From NCBI GenBank assembly GCA_965279525.1, contig CBDIIB010000005.1:1376001-1440000 (forward strand): a DNA stretch of 64,000 bases, in the 5' to 3' direction. The notes beneath the pieces are model-generated. The model ran no database searches. It had not been told where the DNA came from and was given only the letters and a program-made list of their open reading frames with translations. How positions within the stretch are numbered: position 1 is the first letter of the stretch; every line of letters starts with the position of its first letter. This stretch comes from Tagaea sp. (lineage in GTDB: Bacteria > Pseudomonadota > Alphaproteobacteria > CACIAM-22H2). Shown piece after piece: positions 29,840 through 41,734 of the stretch. A program made the translations under genes and the position numbers.

Positions 29840-30030
29840 CAAGCGGATTTATCTTATAATTGTATTACATGATAGTTGTGTGATGAACAATTCGCAGTAA
29901 AATTTGCCAAAATATTTTCCGTACTGCGTTGATATCATATGCATAATACATATGTATTGAAGTCAATTCTTCGCTCAATCCTTAAATTGCAAATAGTCGT
30001 TTTCGTTTAAGGCTCTATAAACACCTGCCG
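29840..30030. promoter_or_regulatory. Very AT-rich divergent promoter region
   Basis: Sharp GC drop; perfect palindrome AATACATATGTATT at 29945-29958; near-CtrA box TTAA-N7-TAAA at 30007-30021. Confidence 0.5.
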
Positions 30031-30070
30031 CGCTATCTTCCGGTGCCGAGTTCAAGCGCCGGAAACAGCA

Positions 30071-31897
30071 ATGCTCAGGAACCTCAAGCTTCTCCACATT
30101 CTCGCGGCGACGAACCTCCTAATCCTTCTGGCTGCCGGCGCCGTCGGCTGGGATGCGACGCGGCGCTATTCCGATCTTGCCTACCGCTTCAGTACGGAAA
30201 AGGCGCAGGACATCGTCGATGTCGGCGTCGCGCAGATGGCCTGGCGCGACTATTCCGGCGAAATCGTCGAGATCGCGCGTCAGGCGGCCCAGAGTGCGGC
30301 CCTGCGTACGGCGATCGGCGCGCGCGACGCCGTCGCCGCCGAGCCGGCCCTTCGCAACGAACTCGGGCGCGAAGCGATCTCCAGCGGCCGCGTGCGCGTC
30401 TTCGGCCTGTCGGTACACGACATCGGGATGAATGGCGTCGCGGCCGTCTGGCGCGAAGGCGCCACGACGATTCCTGCCGATCTTCGCGATGCCGTCGCCA
30501 GGCGCGAAGGCACGGAACGCCTGAAGGTGATCTGGCGGGCATGGATGGATGGCGATACGCCCCGTCTTTCGGCCTTCGTGCCGGTCGGCGGCCTTCGTCT
30601 GGCCGGCTATGTCGGGATACACGCCGATCCGCTGCACGCGCTGGCGACGCTCGACGAACGCATCGGCATGTCGATCCGGATCGCGACGCTCGACGGCACC
30701 AGGACCCTGCTGGCGCCGGACAACTACCGGATCGCCGACGGCGCGCGCACGCATGCGGCCCGCCTCTCGGTGCGCGATCCGGACGGCCGCGCAATCGCCT
30801 CGCTGCACGCAGTCCAGGACGTGACGAAGCTTGCCGGGGATCTCGGCGAAGTCGCGATCTTCGCGTTTGCGGTCTTTCTCGTCGTCTGCGGCGGACTGGC
30901 GCTCGGCGGCCTGGTTCTCGTCGCGCGGTTCCTTCGCGACGTCCGGATCCGCGAGGACGCCTCGCGTGCCGAGATCGAGCGGCGCGCGCGCGAGAAAGAG
31001 GAGGCCGACGAAGCGCGCACCCGCGCGAGCCAGGAAGCGTCCGCCGCGCGCAAGTCGGAGCGCCAGCGGCTGGCCGACGAATTCGAGCATGTGATCGGTT
31101 CGGTCGTATCCGGGATGAGCGCGGCGACGGGCCAGCTGGAAACGTCATCCTGCTCGCTCAGCTCCAGCGCGCAACGGACCCGCGAGGAGGCCCACCGCGT
31201 GGCCGGCGCATGCGGCGAGGCGTCCTCGAACGTCAATACCGTCGCGGCCGCGACGGAAGAACTGTCGGCGTCGGTGCGCGAGATCGCGCGGCAGGTGGTC
31301 GAGAGCAACAAGATCGCGGGCGATGCCGTCCGGCAGGTCGAGTCCACCAACGGACGCATCCAGAGCCTGCTCGACGCTTCCCACCGGATCGGCGACGGCG
31401 TGAAGCTCATCAACGAAGTCGCGAGCCAGACCAACCTGCTGGCGCTCAATGCGAGCATCGAAGCCGCGCGTGCGGGCGAAGCGGGCAAGGGCTTCGCGGT
31501 CGTCGCGGGCGAGGTCAAGACGCTCGCCACGCAGACCGCGCGCGCGACCGACGAGATCCGCGAGCAGATCGGCGCCATCCGCGGGGCCACCGGGGCCGCC
31601 GTCGATGCGATCGCCGGAATCGGCACCACGATCCGACGCATGCAGGAAATCGCGACGTCGATCGCTTCGGCGATCGACGAGCAGGGTGCAGCGACCCGCG
31701 AGATCGCGCGCAACATCCAGGAAGCCTCGCAGGTTTCGGCTGGCGTCACGCGATCGATCGGCGAAGTCAGTTCGGCCGCCGCCTTGACCGGAACCGCCGC
31801 CAGCGAAGTCCAGGGCGCCACCCAGTCGCTGTCGACCCAGGGCGGCGCCCTTCGCGAGGCGGCCGATCACTTCCTCGCGACCATCCGATCCACGTGA
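30071..31897 (+). CDS. Methyl-accepting chemotaxis protein
   Basis: Two TMs flank a periplasmic domain; [31 protein letters not shown] hairpin. Confidence 0.95.
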   Translation: MLRNLKLLHILAATNLLILLAAGAVGWDATRRYSDLAYRFSTEKAQDIVDVGVAQMAWRDYSGEIVEIARQAAQSAALRTAIGARDAVAAEPALRNELGREAISSGRVRVFGLSVHDIGMNGVAAVWREGATTIPADLRDAVARREGTERLKVIWRAWMDGDTPRLSAFVPVGGLRLAGYVGIHADPLHALATLDERIGMSIRIATLDGTRTLLAPDNYRIADGARTHAARLSVRDPDGRAIASLHAVQDVTKLAGDLGEVAIFAFAVFLVVCGGLALGGLVLVARFLRDVRIREDASRAEIERRAREKEEADEARTRASQEASAARKSERQRLADEFEHVIGSVVSGMSAATGQLETSSCSLSSSAQRTREEAHRVAGACGEASSNVNTVAAATEELSASVREIARQVVESNKIAGDAVRQVESTNGRIQSLLDASHRIGDGVKLINEVASQTNLLALNASIEAARAGEAGKGFAVVAGEVKTLATQTARATDEIREQIGAIRGATGAAVDAIAGIGTTIRRMQEIATSIASAIDEQGAATREIARNIQEASQVSAGVTRSIGEVSSAAALTGTAASEVQGATQSLSTQGGALREAADHFLATIRST

Positions 31898-31925
31898 GTC
31901 CAGCCGCACAACCAGGGAGACAGCC

Positions 31926-32351
31926 ATGATGACCGTCCGCCGCCTTGTCCTCGCCGCCTTTGCCCTCGCGTTCGCGGGAGTTTTGCCCGCCCACGCACAG
32001 GACGCCCCGATGTCGATCGCCGGTGCCACCACCGTGAACGGCCAGCAGGTCGTCGACCTGATCACGAAGAATCCCGACATGGCGATCCTCGACAACCGCC
32101 AGCCGGCCGACTTCGCCGCCGGACACATCGAAGGTGCGGTGCGCCTGCTCGACACCGACACGAATGCGGAATCGCTCGCCCGCCACGTCAAGACGAAGGA
32201 CGCCGTCGTCCTGTTCTATTGCAACGGCCTCAAGTGCGGGCGCGCGGCCAAGGCCGCCGATGTCGCCGTGAAGCTCGGCTACACGAAGGTGCACTACTAC
32301 GCGCTGGGCATGGAAGAATGGCGCACGCTGGGCCTGCCGACCGTGCGCTAG
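31926..32351 (+). CDS. Exported rhodanese-like protein
   Basis: Signal peptide (AHA-Q); LDNR, GHIEGA, FYCNGLKC and GMEEW. Confidence 0.88.
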   Translation: MMTVRRLVLAAFALAFAGVLPAHAQDAPMSIAGATTVNGQQVVDLITKNPDMAILDNRQPADFAAGHIEGAVRLLDTDTNAESLARHVKTKDAVVLFYCNGLKCGRAAKAADVAVKLGYTKVHYYALGMEEWRTLGLPTVR

Positions 32352-32373
32352 GTGCCGGCGGCCGTGCGGCAAG

Positions 32374-32463
32374 TGGCGGACAGGGTGAGATTCGAACTCA
32401 CGATACCGTTGCCGGTATTTCAGTTTTCGAGACTGACGCCTTCAGCCACTCGGCCACCTGTCC
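32374..32463 (-). tRNA. tRNA-Ser(CGA)
   Basis: GGACAGGTGGCCGAGTGG...TCAGT-CT-CGA-AA-ACTGA, long variable arm, GTTCGAATC, CCTGTCC-GCCA; 90 nt. Confidence 0.95.
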
Positions 32464-32534
32464 GCACGATCTGGCTGTCGAAGGGCGCGGAAGCTATCGC
32501 CAAACGGGCCGCCGCGCAAGTCCGGGCCGGCCGG

Positions 32535-33578
32535 TCAGCCGGATCGGCCCGTTTGGCCGTCATCCGCCGCCCGGTCGCGGGCGATCTGGCGGGGATCGAG
32601 GCCGTTGCGTAGCGTCCACAGGCCGGCGACTGCCAGCCCCGTCGCCAGCGTCAGCGCGTGGGTCAGGAGTGCGAACGCCAGGGCCGCCTCCGCCGGGACG
32701 GCAAAGAACGACAAGGCGAACACGATCGCCGCGTGGAAGAGGCCCACTCCGCCGGGGGCCGCAGGCACCAGGAATGCCATTGCCGCAATGCCGACGGTAA
32801 AGGCGCCGGTCGAAAGTCCGACATCCGGCCAGACGGCGCCGATGCCGAACGTGAACGACGTCGCCGTCACGGTCCAGATCGCTGCCGTCAGAAGGACGGC
32901 CCGCACCAGCACCGCCGGCCGGGCCAGGACCGAAAGGCCCGACAGCAAGGCATCGAGGCGCGGAAGGATCTTGCCGTGCCAGCGCAGGGGCAGGAGCCGG
33001 CCGACCAGCATCACCGCGACGCCGCGCAGCCGCACGGAAACCATCAGGATCCCCACGCCCAGCAGCACTGTCGCGGTGACGGCGGCGAGCCCTTCCACGA
33101 CGGCTTGCGGGCGCGAAGGAAGAGCAAGGATCGCCACGCCGAGCAGGCAGATGGCGCCGGCAAGGTCGCACAGGCGATCGAGCACCACCGCCGACAGGGC
33201 ATTGGCGACGGGCACGTGCGCGCGCCGGTTCAGCACCCACAGCATCGCGAATTCGCCCGCCCGCATTGGCAGCAGTCCGTTGAGCGCGTTGCCGAGCGCA
33301 TGCGCGCCGAACGCGTCGTTGTAGCTGACCGATGTATGAGGCGCGGTTGCGGCGAGGAGCATGCGCATGCGCACCGGACGCAAGGCAAGCCAGCAAAGCC
33401 AGGTCGCGAGCATCGCGCCGATGCGCCACGGATCGGCGGTGACCAGCTCGTGGCCGACGCGTTCGAGATCGACGACGCGCACGAGAATGGTGACGGCAAT
33501 CGCCGTGACCGGGACCCACGCCCAGCGCAGGGCAAGACGGGACCATTTCCGGTCGGACGAATCGGCGGGACGGCTCAT
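32535..33578 (-). CDS. Lysylphosphatidylglycerol-synthase TM / UPF0104 flippase-like membrane protein
   Basis: Multi-TM; N.LLP.RAGE, DRL.D and P.APGGVG motifs. Confidence 0.8.
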   Translation of the reverse strand: MSRPADSSDRKWSRLALRWAWVPVTAIAVTILVRVVDLERVGHELVTADPWRIGAMLATWLCWLALRPVRMRMLLAATAPHTSVSYNDAFGAHALGNALNGLLPMRAGEFAMLWVLNRRAHVPVANALSAVVLDRLCDLAGAICLLGVAILALPSRPQAVVEGLAAVTATVLLGVGILMVSVRLRGVAVMLVGRLLPLRWHGKILPRLDALLSGLSVLARPAVLVRAVLLTAAIWTVTATSFTFGIGAVWPDVGLSTGAFTVGIAAMAFLVPAAPGGVGLFHAAIVFALSFFAVPAEAALAFALLTHALTLATGLAVAGLWTLRNGLDPRQIARDRAADDGQTGRSG

Positions 33579-33673
33579 GGTCCGGGCGGTTTAGCAGGGG
33601 CCTCCCGGCCCGTCACGCCAAAGCACTGGAATTCACGGAAAATTCCGACTTTTTACGCGGCGCCGGGCGCCGC

Positions 33674-33701
33674 TTGACAGGGCGGGCGCTGTAAGTATAT
33701 T
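33674..33701 (+). promoter_or_regulatory. Sigma70 promoter of rplU
   Basis: TTGACA-N16-TATATT. Confidence 0.65.
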
Positions 33702-33810
33702 GCGCGCTCTTCGTCCGGGGGCCGGTTCGGCTTCCGCGGCGATCCTCATTTGTGGGTTTCCTCGGCTTTTCAAAGGTTTGAGGCCGAAAGGGACCCGGGG
33801 GTACAAGAAC

Positions 33811-34125
33811 ATGTACGCAGTCATTCGCACGGGCGGCAAGCAGTACAAGGTCGCCAAGAACGACGTCATCGTCGTCGAGAAGCTCGAAGCCGAGGCCGGC
33901 AAGACGGTCGAACTGGGCGACGTGCTGATGGTCACCGATGGCGCCAAGGCCACGCTGGGCAGCCCGACGATCAAGGGCGCCACGGTCACCGCCACCGTGC
34001 TCGCGCAGGGCAAGGGCGAGAAGATCATCGTCTTCAAGAAGCGCCGCCGCCAGAATTACCGCCGCAAGAACGGGCACCGCCAGCCCGAGACGACGCTGCG
34101 GATCGTCGACATCAAGGTCGCCTGA
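33811..34125 (+). CDS. rplU: 50S ribosomal protein L21
   Basis: [14 protein letters not shown]...GHRQ. Confidence 0.98.
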   Translation: MYAVIRTGGKQYKVAKNDVIVVEKLEAEAGKTVELGDVLMVTDGAKATLGSPTIKGATVTATVLAQGKGEKIIVFKKRRRQNYRRKNGHRQPETTLRIVDIKVA

Positions 34126-34137
34126 GGAGATCGCAGC

Positions 34138-36666
<2,529 letters not shown>

Positions 36667-36707
36667 TCGCCGGAACCCGCCGGACAGGATAGGATGCGAC
36701 AAACGCG

Positions 36708-38003
36708 ATGAAGGCCCCCGCCGCGATGACTGATGCGACCGCCGATACGGAACTGAAGTCCGCGATCGAAGCGATGGGTGCTCGCGCCCGCGCCGCCGCC
36801 CGCCTGCTGGCCGTCGCACCCGCCAAACGCAAGAGTGCCGCCCTGCGCGCCGCCGCCGACCGCTTGCGTGCCGCCACGCAGGACCTGCTCGACGCCAACG
36901 CCGCCGATGTCGCCTTCGCGGTCGATGCCGGCAACTCGGCTGCGATGGTCGACCGCACGCGCCTCGATCCCAAGCGCATCGACGCGATCGCGCGGGGGCT
37001 CGAGGATGTCGCGGCCCTTCCCGATCCGGTCGGCTCGATCCTGCAGGGCTGGACGCGTCCCAACGGCCTGCTCATCAGCCGCGTGGCCGTCCCCATCGGC
37101 GTGATCGGCATCATCTATGAAGCGCGGCCCAACGTGACCGCCGACGCGGGCGCCTTGTGCATCAAGTCGGGCAACGCCGCGATCCTGCGCGGCGGGCAGG
37201 AGAGCTTCCTTTCTTCGCAGGTCATCGTCGCGGCGATCCGCGGTGCCCTTGCCGCACACGACCTGCCGGAGGACGCGATCCAGCTGATCCCCACGCGCGA
37301 CCGTGCCGCCGTCGGGCATCTGCTGGCCATGCACCAGCATGTCGACACGATCGTGCCGCGCGGCGGCCGGTCGCTGATCGAGCGCGTGATGAAGGAATCG
37401 CGCATCCCGGTGATCGCGCACCTGGAGGGGCTCTGCCATACCTATGTCCACGAATCGGCCGACATCGAGATGGCGCGAAAAGTGACGATGAACGCCAAGA
37501 TGCGCCGCGTGTCGGTGTGCGGGGCGACCGAAACGCTGCTGATCGACCGGGCGGCGGCACCCACGCACCTGCCGGCGATCCTCGAAGATCTGTTTGCCGC
37601 TGGCTGCGAGATCCGCGGCGACGGCGACGTGCAGAAGCTCGACCGGCGCGTGGTGCCGGCCGTCGAGGCCGACTGGACGACCGAGTATCTCGACGCGATC
37701 CTCGCGGTGAAGATCGTCGACGGAATCGACGCGGCGATCGGGCACGTCAACACCTATGGCTCGCACCACACCGATGCGATCGTCGCGGGCGATCCGGCGG
37801 CGGCCGAGCAGTTCCTCGCGCGCGTCGATTCCGCGATCGTGCTGCACAACGCGTCGACCCAGTATGCCGATGGCGCCGAGTTCGGCTTCGGTGCCGAGAT
37901 CGGCATTTCGACCGGTCGCCTGCCGCCGCGCGGGCCGGTGGGGGCCGAACAGCTCACGACCTACAAGTATGTCGTGCGCGGCGCTGGACAGACGCGGCCT
38001 TGA
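36708..38003 (+). CDS. proA: Gamma-glutamyl phosphate reductase (alternative start 36726)
   Basis: IIYEARPNVT, VCGATE, NAST, GAEIGIST and RGPVG. Confidence 0.96.
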   Translation: MKAPAAMTDATADTELKSAIEAMGARARAAARLLAVAPAKRKSAALRAAADRLRAATQDLLDANAADVAFAVDAGNSAAMVDRTRLDPKRIDAIARGLEDVAALPDPVGSILQGWTRPNGLLISRVAVPIGVIGIIYEARPNVTADAGALCIKSGNAAILRGGQESFLSSQVIVAAIRGALAAHDLPEDAIQLIPTRDRAAVGHLLAMHQHVDTIVPRGGRSLIERVMKESRIPVIAHLEGLCHTYVHESADIEMARKVTMNAKMRRVSVCGATETLLIDRAAAPTHLPAILEDLFAAGCEIRGDGDVQKLDRRVVPAVEADWTTEYLDAILAVKIVDGIDAAIGHVNTYGSHHTDAIVAGDPAAAEQFLARVDSAIVLHNASTQYADGAEFGFGAEIGISTGRLPPRGPVGAEQLTTYKYVVRGAGQTRP

Positions 38004-38647
38004 TCGCACCACCGCTCCATCGTCTGGGCGTCGTACCCAAGCGCCGCATCGGCCTGTTCGGCGGTTCGTTCAATCCGGCCCATGAGGGGCACGCGCATAT
38101 CGCGCGCGAGGCGCTGAAGCGGCTTGCCCTCGACGAAGTGTGGCTCCTCGTCAGCCCGCAGAATCCGCTGAAGGCCGAAGCGGGAATGGCGCCGCTGGAC
38201 GCGCGCCTTGCAAGCACGCTTGGCGTATGCGGGCGCGATCCGCGCCTGAAGGCCGTGGCGCTCGAAAGCTGGCTGGGGACGCGCTACACGGCCGATACGC
38301 TCGCCGCTTGCCGCCGGCGCTTCCGCCGCACGCAGTTCGTCTGGATCATGGGGGCCGACAATCTCGGCCAGATCCATCGCTGGGGAAGATGGTCATCGAT
38401 CTTTCGCACGATGGTCATTGCCGTGTTCGCACGACCAGCGTATTCTACCAAAGCATTGGCCGGAAAGGCGGCGCGGGCGTTTTCCACAGCCCGGGTCGGA
38501 TCCCGACGGGTCCGACGCCTGGCAACACTCGAGCCGCCGGCCTGGACGTTCTTTCCCGTCCGGCTGCATCCGGCCTCTGCGACGCGCATCCGCGCCGTCC
38601 GCAAGGATTGGTTCGGCGGCGCGTCAGGTACCAGGTCCAACCAGTGA
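38000..38647 (+). CDS. nadD: Nicotinate-nucleotide adenylyltransferase (TTG start, uncertain)
   Basis: GGSFNPAHEGH, SPQNPLK, MGADN and SATRIR. Confidence 0.93.
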   Translation: MIAPPLHRLGVVPKRRIGLFGGSFNPAHEGHAHIAREALKRLALDEVWLLVSPQNPLKAEAGMAPLDARLASTLGVCGRDPRLKAVALESWLGTRYTADTLAACRRRFRRTQFVWIMGADNLGQIHRWGRWSSIFRTMVIAVFARPAYSTKALAGKAARAFSTARVGSRRVRRLATLEPPAWTFFPVRLHPASATRIRAVRKDWFGGASGTRSNQ

Positions 38648-38691
38648 GTTCGCACGGTTTACCGACTTTTTTCAGCCCCGGGAGACACGCG

Positions 38692-39069
38692 ATCGCCACA
38701 GCAAAGCGCAAGACCGTATCCGCGCCCAAAACGGTCCTCAAACTCGTCGAAAAAACGCTCGACGACGACAAGGCGACAGATCCCGTCGTCATCGACCTCG
38801 CCGGCAAGAGCTCGATGGCGGACTACATGATCGTCGCAAGCGGCCTTTCCAGCCGCCACATCCAGTCCATGGCCCAGCATGTCGTCGAGAAGCTGGAAGC
38901 CAAGGGCCTGAAGAGCATCCGCATCGAGGGTGCCGACCAGGGCGACTGGGTGCTCATCGACGGCGGCGACATCGTCGTCCACCTGTTCCGACCCGAAGTG
39001 CGCGCCCTCTACGGCCTCGAAAAGATGTGGGCCGACAGCTGGGACGAACCGGCGGTCGCACAGGCCTGA
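38692..39069 (+). CDS. rsfS: Ribosome silencing factor (start uncertain: ATC 38692 or GTG 38644)
   Basis: LDDDKA, ADYMIVASG.S.RH, WVLIDGGDIVVHLF and Y.LEKMW. Confidence 0.93.
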   Translation: MATAKRKTVSAPKTVLKLVEKTLDDDKATDPVVIDLAGKSSMADYMIVASGLSSRHIQSMAQHVVEKLEAKGLKSIRIEGADQGDWVLIDGGDIVVHLFRPEVRALYGLEKMWADSWDEPAVAQA

Positions 39070-39112
39070 GGAAAGGCGGCGCCCGCCGAAAAAGCGGGAG
39101 CCGGCGAAGCAG

Positions 39113-39586
39113 ATGCGGATTTTTGTGGTCGCGGCGGGACGCGCGCGCGGCACGCCCGAAGACGCGCTGTTCGCCGAGTATGCGAAGCGCCTGAAAACCG
39201 CCCCGGCCGGCATCGGCCCGCTCGAATGCCGGGAGATCGAAACGAAGTCGAAGACGCCGGCGGCCCGCAAGACCGAGGAAGCCGAGAAGCTGCGCGCCCA
39301 GATCCCCGACGGGGCGCTGATGGTCGTTCTCGATCCGCGCGGCAAGCCGCTTTCCACCGAGGAGTTCGCCCGACAGCTCGCACGATGGCGTGACGAGTCG
39401 ACCGGCACGCTCGCTTTCGTCATCGGCGGCGCCGACGGGCTCGACGAATCGCTGGTCGGCGAAGCGCGCTTCCGGCTGTCGCTCGGATCGATGACCTGGC
39501 CCCACATGCTGGCCCGCGCGATGCTGGCCGAGCAGCTGTGGCGGGCCGCCTCGATCCTCGCCGGGCACCCCTACCACCGGGCTTAG
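39113..39586 (+). CDS. rlmH: 23S rRNA pseudouridine-1915 N3-methyltransferase
   Basis: FVIGGADG, MTWPH, EQLWRA and GHPYHR. Confidence 0.96.
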   Translation: MRIFVVAAGRARGTPEDALFAEYAKRLKTAPAGIGPLECREIETKSKTPAARKTEEAEKLRAQIPDGALMVVLDPRGKPLSTEEFARQLARWRDESTGTLAFVIGGADGLDESLVGEARFRLSLGSMTWPHMLARAMLAEQLWRAASILAGHPYHRA

Positions 39587-39681
39587 GCCGGCTGCACTTG
39601 ATCCGGGGGGCGCCCTCCCGCCAATATCAACCAACATGCCCCGAGTCGGGCCATGCATTCCCGCGCGAAAGACCGGATTCA

Positions 39682-40656
39682 ATGGCGGCCAGACAAGCCA
39701 AAAAACCGCGCAGCACAGGGACGGATGCCGAGCGTCTCTATGCCGCCTTGCGGCGCATCCGGCGCGCCGAAGAGGAAGTCGCGCGCATCTACCCGTCCGA
39801 CAAGATCAAGAGCCCGGTCCACCTGTCGATCGGCCAGGAGGGCGTTGCCGTCGGCGTGTGCGACCCGCTCGAGCCACGCGATGCGGTCTCCGGCACGTAT
39901 CGTGGTCATGCCACGTACCTAGCAAAAGGCGGTTCCCTGCCTGCGATGATGGCCGAGCTCTACGGCAAGGATACCGGGTGTGCGCGCGGCAAGGGCGGCT
40001 CGATGCACCTGATCGACATGAAGGCCAACGTGCTGGGAACATCCGCCGTCGTCGGCACGACCGTTCCGGTCGCGGTCGGCTATGCGATGGCGCAGAAGAT
40101 GCGCGGCACGGGTGCCGTCGTCGCCTGCTTCATGGGCGACGGTGCCACCGAAGAAGGCTGCTTTCCCGAAAGCCTGAATTTCGCGGCACTCCATAAGCTC
40201 CCCGTCATCTTCGTTTGCGAGAATAACGGATTCGCGATCCACGAGCCGATCGCCAAGCGCCAGGCGACCGACCGGATCTGCGCGCGCGTCGCGACCTACG
40301 GCATTCCCACGAAGCGCTTCGCCGATTCCGACACGAAGGCGATCCGCGCCCATGTCGCCAAGGCGTTGCCGAAGATGCGCAAGGGCGGTGGGCCCATCTT
40401 CCTCGAATGCATGACCTGGCGCTGGCGCGAACATGTCGGGCCGGGCGAAGACTACGACGCCGGATTTCGCAGCCGCTCGATGCTGCTGAAATGGCAGAAG
40501 AAGGATCCCGTCGCCATCGCGGCGCGGGCCCTGACGGCCGCCGTGCGCGCGAAGATCGATGCGGCGGTGGAGGCCGAGGTCGCGGCCGCCGTGAAGTTCG
40601 CCGAAGAGTCGCCGTTCCCCGCCGTCCAGGAGCTGGTCACCGATGTCTTCGCATAA
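39682..40656 (+). CDS. TPP-dependent dehydrogenase E1 alpha-like subunit
   Basis: HLSIGQE, YRGH, GKGGSMH and the GDGA...ENN TPP motif. Confidence 0.9.
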   Translation: MAARQAKKPRSTGTDAERLYAALRRIRRAEEEVARIYPSDKIKSPVHLSIGQEGVAVGVCDPLEPRDAVSGTYRGHATYLAKGGSLPAMMAELYGKDTGCARGKGGSMHLIDMKANVLGTSAVVGTTVPVAVGYAMAQKMRGTGAVVACFMGDGATEEGCFPESLNFAALHKLPVIFVCENNGFAIHEPIAKRQATDRICARVATYGIPTKRFADSDTKAIRAHVAKALPKMRKGGGPIFLECMTWRWREHVGPGEDYDAGFRSRSMLLKWQKKDPVAIAARALTAAVRAKIDAAVEAEVAAAVKFAEESPFPAVQELVTDVFA

Positions 40657-41734
40657 GCTCGTCTGGCCGGGGCGCATGGAAGACGGGCGGCGCGTGCTGC
40701 GCTATGTCGACGCGCTGTCCGAGGCCGTGGCGCTGGAGATGGCGCGCGATCCGGGCGTGTTCGTGTTCGGCCTCGATGTCGACGATCACAAGGCGATCCA
40801 GGGTTCCACGCGCGGCCTGCTCGAGAAGTTCGGCGCCGGGCGCGTCTTCACCACGCCGCTTTCGGAAGACGCGATGACGGGTGTCGCCATCGGTGCCGCC
40901 ATGGCGGGCATGCGGCCGATCCATGTGCATATCCGCATGGACTTCCTGATGCTGTGCATGAACCAGCTCGTCAACATCGCGGCCAAGGCCCGCTACATGT
41001 ACGGCGGCCAGGTGAAGGTGCCGCTGGTCGTCCGCTCGATCATCGGCAAATCGTGGGGGCAGGGCGCCCAGCACAGCCAGGGCCTGCATTCGATGTTCAT
41101 GCATGTGCCCGGGCTCAAGGTCTGCGCGCCTTCGAACGCGCACGATGCCAAGGGTGCGATGATCGCCGCGATCCGCGACGACAATCCGGTCGTGTTCGTC
41201 GAGCATCGACTTCTCTATGCGACCGAGGCGTTCGTCGCCGAAGGCGCCTATGTCGTGCCGCCCGGCCGTTCGCGCGTGTGCCGCTGGGGCCGCGACGTGA
41301 CCGTCGTGGGCATCTCCAACATGGTCGTCGAGGCGCTGCGCGCCGCCGAGCTCCTGAAGGAAGCCGGCGTGTCGGCGGAGGTAATCGACCCGATCTGGCT
41401 GTCGCCGCTCGACAGCGACACGATCGTCGAAAGCGTGCGGCGCACGCGCAAGCTGCTGATCGTCGACAACGGCTGGAACATGTGCGGTGCGGGTGCGGAG
41501 ATCGCCGCGCGCGTCGCCGAAGCCTGCGGGGACCTGCAAGTGACGATCCGCCGGATGGGCTTCTCGCCCACGCCGTGCCCGCCCTCGCCGATCCTCGAAG
41601 CGGCGTTCTATCCCAACCCCGCCACGATCGCGGCCGAAGCGCATGCGCTGGCACGTCCCGGCGCGGCCGCGTGGGCGCCCGATCCATCGAGCGCGCAGCT
41701 CGCCTATCAGCTCCAGTTCAAGGGCCCGTTCTGA
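40643..41734 (+). CDS. TPP-dependent dehydrogenase E1 beta-like subunit
   Basis: TPLSE, GMRP, GAQHSQ and PVVFVEHR. Confidence 0.9.
   Translation: MSSHKLVWPGRMEDGRRVLRYVDALSEAVALEMARDPGVFVFGLDVDDHKAIQGSTRGLLEKFGAGRVFTTPLSEDAMTGVAIGAAMAGMRPIHVHIRMDFLMLCMNQLVNIAAKARYMYGGQVKVPLVVRSIIGKSWGQGAQHSQGLHSMFMHVPGLKVCAPSNAHDAKGAMIAAIRDDNPVVFVEHRLLYATEAFVAEGAYVVPPGRSRVCRWGRDVTVVGISNMVVEALRAAELLKEAGVSAEVIDPIWLSPLDSDTIVESVRRTRKLLIVDNGWNMCGAGAEIAARVAEACGDLQVTIRRMGFSPTPCPPSPILEAAFYPNPATIAAEAHALARPGAAAWAPDPSSAQLAYQLQFKGPF

Noticed and set aside
29840-32463. Integrative element at tRNA-Ser
   Set aside because: No integrase, and I found no duplicated tRNA 3' end by eye
39560-39680. SCCmec-like att site at the rlmH 3' end
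   Set aside because: No recombinase and no matching direct repeat seen
39682-41734. Housekeeping pdhA/pdhB
   Set aside because: No lipoyl domain or E2/E3 genes, and the pair is coupled to a sugar dehydratase
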